From NCBI GenBank assembly GCA_937915825.1, contig CALGGT010000043.1, positions 1 to 56,673 on the forward strand: 56,673 nucleotides of DNA, in the 5' to 3' direction. This DNA is from an uncultured Eubacterium sp. Its GTDB lineage: Bacteria; Bacillota; Clostridia; Lachnospirales; Lachnospiraceae. The notes under the pieces are model-generated. The model was given only the letters and a program-made list of their open reading frames with translations. It was not told the origin of the DNA and did not search any database. The position numbers were made by a program, and so were the translations under genes. This document shows positions 50,690-56,673 of the stretch, piece after piece; position 1 is the first letter of the stretch; each line of letters begins with the position of its first letter.

Positions 50690-51541
50690 ATGGAACCATG
50701 CGTTCACGATTGTTCTTCCTGTCAGGTGGATTGTTCCAGCCGAAAACCGGAAGATATGATTGCGAAACCACATAAAAAGAGTCGGATCAAAAAAGTGATC
50801 GGCGTCGTCAGCGGGAAAGGCGGCGTTGGCAAATCCATGGTAACGGAATTGTTGGCCGTTGCCTTCTCTAGGCAAGGGTATCATTGCGGTATTTTAGATG
50901 CCGACGCAACCGGTCCTTCCATTCCCAAGGCATTTGGGATCACCGAACGGGCCAAAGGAAATAAAGATGGTCTCTATCCGGCTACAAGTCCGGGGGGAAT
51001 TGATGTTATGTCCGTCAACTTATTGCTGGACGATGACACCACCCCTGTTCTTTGGCGGGGACCGGTCGTTGCCGGAGTGATCACCCAATTTTGGACGGAC
51101 GTTATCTGGGAGGACATTGACTACCTGTTTATCGATATGCCACCGGGAACGGGAGATGTTTCCTTAACCGTTTTCCAATCCATTCCCATTGACGGAATCG
51201 TCATGGTTACCACTCCTCAGGATCTGGTATCCATGATCGTAGCCAAAGCAGTAAACATGGCAGAAACCATGAATGTACCGATTTACGGCATCATTGAGAA
51301 TATGAGCTATGTTACCTGTCCGGACTGCGGCAGGCGCCTTCACATCTTCGGTGAAAGCCACAGCAAAGAACTGAGCGAAGAATATGGCCTGCTTACACTG
51401 GCCCATCTCCCTCTGGATCCGGATCTTGCTCATCATGTAGATCAGGGAACCATTGAAGAAGTGGATCCTGCCGGATATTTAGCAGATGCCATTCAGGTCA
51501 TTCAAAACACGGATTTCAGAAAGGAAGAAACCTCACTATGA
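50690..51541 (+). CDS. Mrp/NBP35 family Fe-S carrier ATPase
   Basis: GKGGVGKS, DMPPGTGD, ENMSYVTCPDC, and an N-terminal Cys cluster. Confidence 0.93.
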   Translation: MEPCVHDCSSCQVDCSSRKPEDMIAKPHKKSRIKKVIGVVSGKGGVGKSMVTELLAVAFSRQGYHCGILDADATGPSIPKAFGITERAKGNKDGLYPATSPGGIDVMSVNLLLDDDTTPVLWRGPVVAGVITQFWTDVIWEDIDYLFIDMPPGTGDVSLTVFQSIPIDGIVMVTTPQDLVSMIVAKAVNMAETMNVPIYGIIENMSYVTCPDCGRRLHIFGESHSKELSEEYGLLTLAHLPLDPDLAHHVDQGTIEEVDPAGYLADAIQVIQNTDFRKEETSL

Positions 51542-52191
51542 TGAATTCAACGCTTCCCATGTGTTATATCTTTGGGGCCGGTGACTTCACCCCTTGCCCC
51601 ATCACCTTGAAGACCAACGATCACGTGATCGCTGCCGATGGCGGATACGATCATCTGGTTCAATTAGGGCTTCGGGCAGATGTGGTATTAGGGGATTTTG
51701 ACTCGGTTACATCCACCGATGTCTGGGCGGATGATTTTATCGAGAAGATCACCTATCCCGTTAAAAAAGATGACACCGACATGATGTTGGCGGTGAAACT
51801 TGGTCTTTCCCGTGGTTATAAACAGTTTTCCATTTACGGTGGTCTGGGCGGTCGCCTGGATCATACCATTGGAAACATTCAGGTATTATCCTATCTGGCC
51901 AAACAAGGCGCACAGGGAATCTTATACCACAAAGATCAATGCGCCACCGTGATCGCGTCGGGAAGCTTTATTTTGGATAAATCCAAAGGCGGGACCATTT
52001 CGGTCTTTTCCCTTTCCGATGAATGCACCAATGTTTGCATCAAAGGCCTGGAATATGAAGTCAAAGGTCTTACCTTAACCAACACATTTCCCCTGGGCAT
52101 CAGCAATGAAGCAACCGGAAAAAAAGGAATCATCAGCCTTTCCTCCGGTCTGCTTTTGATCATGTGGCAGCCCTACGAGGAGAATTCATAA
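51538..52191 (+). CDS. thiN: Thiamine diphosphokinase
   Basis: IAADGG, GDFDS, KDDTD, GGRLDH, GISNE. Confidence 0.93.
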   Translation: MMNSTLPMCYIFGAGDFTPCPITLKTNDHVIAADGGYDHLVQLGLRADVVLGDFDSVTSTDVWADDFIEKITYPVKKDDTDMMLAVKLGLSRGYKQFSIYGGLGGRLDHTIGNIQVLSYLAKQGAQGILYHKDQCATVIASGSFILDKSKGGTISVFSLSDECTNVCIKGLEYEVKGLTLTNTFPLGISNEATGKKGIISLSSGLLLIMWQPYEENS

Positions 52192-52240
52192 GAAGGAATC
52201 CGGCCACACAGAGTCCGGCTAATGCCTGCCACGCATAAAG

Positions 52241-53269
52241 TTAACAAATTCTTGGAAGGCCTTCTCCCTGCAAAATATCCATTTCGCGCACACCGCCGAT
52301 TTCGGTATGAAGCAGGAGGCGGCCTTTTTTCTCATTCTTCGAATTCTCATGATCCGGATTTTCTCGAACCGTCCCTAACAAGCAGGCATTTTCCCCATAG
52401 CGGGAACTGCGGATGATCTTCAACGCTTCCTCCGCCTGGTCTTCCGGCAGGATCGCCACCATTTTCCCTTCATTTCCCATATACAAAGGATCCAGCCCCA
52501 AAAGACCGGCAAACTGTTCTACATTCCCCTGAATCGGGATTTTCTCTTCATAAATATCGAATACGCATGCACTGGCATCCGCAAGCTCCTTTAACACCGT
52601 TCCTAAGCCACCCCGGGTCACATCCCGCAGAGTGTGAACGTCCACTCCTCCCGCCAGAAGATTGGAAACCATCTGATTTAAAGGCGCCACATCGCTTTCA
52701 ATGGACGAATCGATGGACATTCGGTGAGATAGAATCGCTCCGTGGTGGTCCCCCATGGTTCCACTAACTAAGATCGCGTCCCCGGGTTTGGCTCCCGCGG
52801 CCTTAATGTCCATCCCTTCCGGAATTTCCCCGACCCCAGCCGTGTTAATCAGAAGTCCTCCATTTCCTTCGATGACTTTCGTGTCCCCGGCTACGATGGT
52901 AACGCCGGCTTCCCTGGCCGTCTTCGCCATGGATGTTACCACCCGCTCCAGGGTTTTCAATGACAAACCTTCCTCCAGAATGTATCCGCAGGTTAAATAT
53001 TTCGGGATGGCTCCCCGCATTAACAGATCGTTGACCGTGCCGCACACACTTAGTCTCCCAATATCTCCCCCTCGAAATTCCAAAGGAGTTACCACGAAAC
53101 TGTCGGTAGTAACCGCAATCTTTTTGTATCCTTCTACAACAGCGCTGTCTTCCATTTCCTTTAGTACGGGATTATCAAACGCCTTGGCAAAGATTTTCTC
53201 GATCAGCTCTTCGGTCGCCACGCCCCCGCTTCCATGAGCCATTACAATCTGTTCTTCCATTTCTCCCAT
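52241..53269 (-). CDS. hypE: Hydrogenase maturation protein HypE
   Basis: MAHGSGG, TTDSFVV, RDVTRGG, C-terminal LPRIC. Exact start uncertain. Confidence 0.94.
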   Translation of the reverse strand: MGEMEEQIVMAHGSGGVATEELIEKIFAKAFDNPVLKEMEDSAVVEGYKKIAVTTDSFVVTPLEFRGGDIGRLSVCGTVNDLLMRGAIPKYLTCGYILEEGLSLKTLERVVTSMAKTAREAGVTIVAGDTKVIEGNGGLLINTAGVGEIPEGMDIKAAGAKPGDAILVSGTMGDHHGAILSHRMSIDSSIESDVAPLNQMVSNLLAGGVDVHTLRDVTRGGLGTVLKELADASACVFDIYEEKIPIQGNVEQFAGLLGLDPLYMGNEGKMVAILPEDQAEEALKIIRSSRYGENACLLGTVRENPDHENSKNEKKGRLLLHTEIGGVREMDILQGEGLPRIC

Positions 53270-53369
53270 TTTTCTATTTCTCCCTTCTCTTTTCCATTCA
53301 TCCTTGTATCCATGGATCTGTGTATCCATGGACCCTTACATTCATGGATCCTTGCACGATCCTTCTATC

Positions 53370-54434
53370 TTATCCTTGCATCAGATAATGGGAACGACAG
53401 CTCCCCTCATCGGAAACCATACAAGCCCCCTGGGGATGCAACGGAGTACAAACCGTTCCAAACAAAGAACACTGAGACGGCTCCTTCTTTCCCATCAATA
53501 CCTGGGCACAGCTGCACAAAGGATTTAACGGCGCATCTTCATCGAGCCCTTCACTTCCCGCGTCGTATTCCTCCCATTCCGTTCGAAGTTTCAGACCGGA
53601 ATCTGGCACCGCTCCCATGCCCCTCCAAACCGCGTCACACGGCTCAAAATATTTTTCCACCCGGGCTCTGGCCACAGGATTTCCTTCCCTGGTCACTACC
53701 GCGGGATAATAATTTTTTACAACCCCCTGTCCATAATGCTTTACAATTCCATATAGGGCGATCATCAGCTCTTTTCCCTGAAAACCGGCCACACCAAAAG
53801 GCAGATGATATTTTAGGGCAAGGGGTTCAAACGCCTGATACCCCGTCACCACTGCCACGTGCCCCGGCGCAAGAAACCCATTCAGATCCGTATCCTGACT
53901 GCATAAAAATTGAATGACTTCCGGCATGGTCTTTAACGACGTTAAAAGGGAAATATTCCGAATCTTGCGTTTTCTCGCCTGTTCCAGCAACATGGCGTAA
54001 ACCGGGATGGTGGTCTCAAACCCGATCGCTGCAAAAACAAATGTTACGTTGGGATCATTCTGCGCCAAAGACAGCGCATCCATGGGAGAATACACCATCT
54101 CCACCTGCCCCCCTTCCCCTTTGACCTCCTGCAGACTCTTCCTGCTTCCCGGCACTCGCATCAGATCCCCGAAGGTAACAACGCAAGTATTTGGTTCCAG
54201 AGAAAGTTCGATCAATCGGTCAATATAAGCGGTAGGCGTTACGCAAACCGGACAGCCCGGACCTGAGATCAAATGGATGTTGGGAGACAAAAGACCGGGA
54301 ATCCCATTTTTCATAATCGCACCGGTATGACTGCCGCAAACCTCCATAATGTTCATTGGTGGTCCGTCATATTCTTTTAAAAAATGAAGAATGGCAGAAA
54401 ATTTTTCTTCTGCCTTTCTTACTTCCTCCATCAT
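53370..54434 (-). CDS. hypD: Hydrogenase maturation protein HypD
   Basis: MEVCGSHT, GPGCPVC, GFETT, PGHV, GACMVSDEGSC. Confidence 0.96.
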   Translation of the reverse strand: MMEEVRKAEEKFSAILHFLKEYDGPPMNIMEVCGSHTGAIMKNGIPGLLSPNIHLISGPGCPVCVTPTAYIDRLIELSLEPNTCVVTFGDLMRVPGSRKSLQEVKGEGGQVEMVYSPMDALSLAQNDPNVTFVFAAIGFETTIPVYAMLLEQARKRKIRNISLLTSLKTMPEVIQFLCSQDTDLNGFLAPGHVAVVTGYQAFEPLALKYHLPFGVAGFQGKELMIALYGIVKHYGQGVVKNYYPAVVTREGNPVARARVEKYFEPCDAVWRGMGAVPDSGLKLRTEWEEYDAGSEGLDEDAPLNPLCSCAQVLMGKKEPSQCSLFGTVCTPLHPQGACMVSDEGSCRSHYLMQG

Positions 54435-54649
54435 AGACCTCCGATCTCCGTCATTAACTCCTGGATCTCTTTTGCTTCATCCATGGACATTTTCTGTAGG
54501 ATACAACCAGCATGTACCAGCACATAGTCGCCGATGGCTATATCCACAAGACCCGCCTGGGCCTTAACAAGATTACCCGAAAAATCCACCCAGGCCGTAT
54601 CCGATTCTTTTTCAATCTTTTTTACCATTCCCGGCAATGCAACACACAT
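54431..54649 (-). CDS. hypC: Hydrogenase chaperone HypC
   Basis: MCVALPG start after GGAGG, GDYVLVHAG. Confidence 0.94.
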   Translation of the reverse strand: MCVALPGMVKKIEKESDTAWVDFSGNLVKAQAGLVDIAIGDYVLVHAGCILQKMSMDEAKEIQELMTEIGGL

Positions 54650-54699
54650 CTTAAACCTCCAATTTCTAAAACAATTTCTAATAAAATCCGTCGATTTGA

Positions 54700-54765
54700 A
54701 CGATCCAACAATTCCAATCATTCCAGCAATTCCAGCGATTCCAGCGATCTCAGCACTCCAACGAT
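54700..54765. repeat. Degenerate 9-bp tandem repeat at the hypF/hypC junction
   Basis: ATTCCAGC(A/G)-like units repeated about 6-7 times. Confidence 0.7.
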
Positions 54766-56641
54766 TCCTCCGACGGCACCTGATACGCGTTCAACCAAAG
54801 CTGTCCCAGGGCCAATCCCCCATCACCGGCCGGAACCAATTCATTCATAAAAATATCTTCTTCTCTTTGTCCCATCTTTTCAAACTCCCGATATACCTCA
54901 TTGGTTAGAACTTGATTGTACCACGTTCCACCACTTAGCGCAATCTTTTTGTCCCGTCCTACTTCCTGAGATAAGAAAACCACCCCCTTCGCCAACATTT
55001 TATGAAAAAAGGCTGCCAGCACCTCTTTTTTATACCCCAACGACATTTGTAGATATATGAAACAAAGCAGATTTGCTGTCCTTAGAAAGGGCACTTCTCC
55101 TTTTTCGATAAAATGCTGATTTAACAAGTTATACTTATTTATTAAATCTTGGTGTAACTCTGAATTATCCCGCAAACCCGCTCTGGCAGCGTCTTCCAGC
55201 ATTTGAGCACTTTCTCCCTCATAAGAATTCCGTTTGCTGATCTCTAATGCGCAACTGACTCCGTCAAACAGTCGCCCGGTGGAGGTAGAACGGATTCGAT
55301 TCACCTGATTGGCATTGGCAGCCAGTGCCAGTGTTACACCATATTCATGCTCCGGTAAAATATCCTCCCGATTTAAATACCCTCGTTCCAGGCCATGAGC
55401 CAGGTAACTAAAAAGAACTAAGTTTCCATCTTTTGCTGCCTGGTCACCGCCGGGTAGAAGGACCGGTTCCAAAGAGCCAACCCTTTTCCAACCGTTCCTG
55501 GTTACATGAAGAACTTCCCCGCCCCACACACTGTGATCGGGTCCATAACCGGTTCCATCCAAAGCAATCCCCAAAACATCCTCCAGACGATGTTCCGCCA
55601 TAACAGAGGCAATATGAGCCACATGGTGTTGGGCGTGGGATCTTTTACATTCGGTTCCTTCCGACATTTTCGCGTAATACCCCGGGTGTAAATCTTCCAC
55701 GGATTCCACCGGCTGCACTTCGTAAAGCTTATAAAATGCCTTCATGCCGGCAATTCTCGAATTTCTAGCCTTCTCATCTTCCAAATCTCCAAAGTGTCCA
55801 CTCAAATAGGCAGCTTTTCCATATCCCAGGGCAAATACCGCTTTTAAATCTCCTCCCTGGGCGATCACAGGCCGATCCAAGGACTTAGGAAGTAAAACCG
55901 GCTCCGGCACCATACCTCTGGCACGTCGAATGATTTGAAATTTTCCAGGATTTCCCTGAATTCCGCCCTTTTCCTGGAAGATCGAATCATCCAGAGGCAT
56001 CCGGATCTTTCGGTCGTGACCAATGGCATACGCCGCTCCCCCATCTTGTAAAACCTTTCGAACTTCTTCTTCCCCGGTTACCAGGGGCTCTCCTCCCCGG
56101 TTGCAGCTGGTCATGATCAAGGGAGAAACCTCCTGCAGCAACAAGATCTGAAGGGGGTGAGAAGGCAACATAGCTCCGATCCGTGAGCTGTTCCCAAGAA
56201 CTCCCTCTCCCAATCGTTTCCCCTGTTCTTTTTTAGGCAAAAGCACGATGGGGCGTGCCGGTGACTTTAAAAGATCTTCCGCTTCCCGGGAAACCTCTGC
56301 ATATTCCCGTACATCCTCAACGTTTGCGAATAAAACCGCAAATGGCTTATTCTCTCGCATTTTATAGTTCCGGATCTCACCGGCCCCCTGCGTTTTTAAG
56401 GCATCGGCGCACAAATGATATCCCCCTACCCCTTTTAGGGCGATCACGCCACCTTTTTTTAGGATTTCTACGCCTTTTTTAAGGATTTCTTCACCGTTAT
56501 CCTTGTCGTTCGTAAGATCTCCCTCATCCTTTGTTTCCGTTATTGTAGAACCATCCGGGTTGATCCCGACCAGTTTCGGCCCACAATGGGCACAGGCAAT
56601 GGTTTGGGCATAGCGTCTTATATCTCCGGGCTTTTCGTATT
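54750..56641 (-). CDS. hypF: Carbamoyltransferase HypF, 5'-partial
   Basis: KGVGGYHL, DLHPGY, QHHVAH, DGTGYG, GDGGLALGQ. The frame stays open upstream of the ORF-track start (YEKPGDIRRYAQTIACAHCGPKL) up to the adapter. Confidence 0.94.
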
Positions 56642-56673
56642 AGATCGGAAGAGCACACGTCTGAACTCCAGTC
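56642..56673 (+). other. Illumina TruSeq adapter (sequencing artefact)
   Basis: AGATCGGAAGAGCACACGTCTGAACTCCAGTC at the sequence end. Confidence 0.98.

Noticed and set aside
54750..56447. hypF as a naturally truncated gene or pseudogene
   Set aside because: The frame continues with HypF zinc-finger sequence up to the adapter at the contig end.

Overview
Core-genome window from an anaerobic Bacillota (Lachnospiraceae-like by gene content), mostly on the minus strand. Housekeeping blocks: murA; SRP RNA; rpmG-secE-nusG-rplK-rplA-rplJ-rplL; metG-tatD-rsmA-S1; nrdD; copA; rpsF-ssb-rpsR-gdpP-rplI-dnaB; hrcA-grpE-dnaK-dnaJ with a CIRCE; pfkA-dnaX-ybaB-recR; nfnAB; mrp-thiN; hypFCDE. There are also three predicted exported proteins (multi-Ig, Big_2 and BspA-LRR types) and a very acidic TPR/degenerate-AAA protein. 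The most interesting signals are non-coding. (1) A dispersed ~220-230 bp structured element with two full copies showing compensatory stem changes, plus at least five fragments. (2) A 172-nt four-way-junction cloverleaf with a duplicated 50-bp arm, between a consensus promoter and a 61-aa membrane peptide. (3) A c-di-GMP-I riboswitch with its own promoter and terminators but no normal gene to control. Two data-quality issues: the last 32 nt are Illumina adapter, and codon usage switches abruptly inside murA, suggesting the first ~1.85 kb comes from another genome. All calls are by inspection; no searches or folding programs were run.
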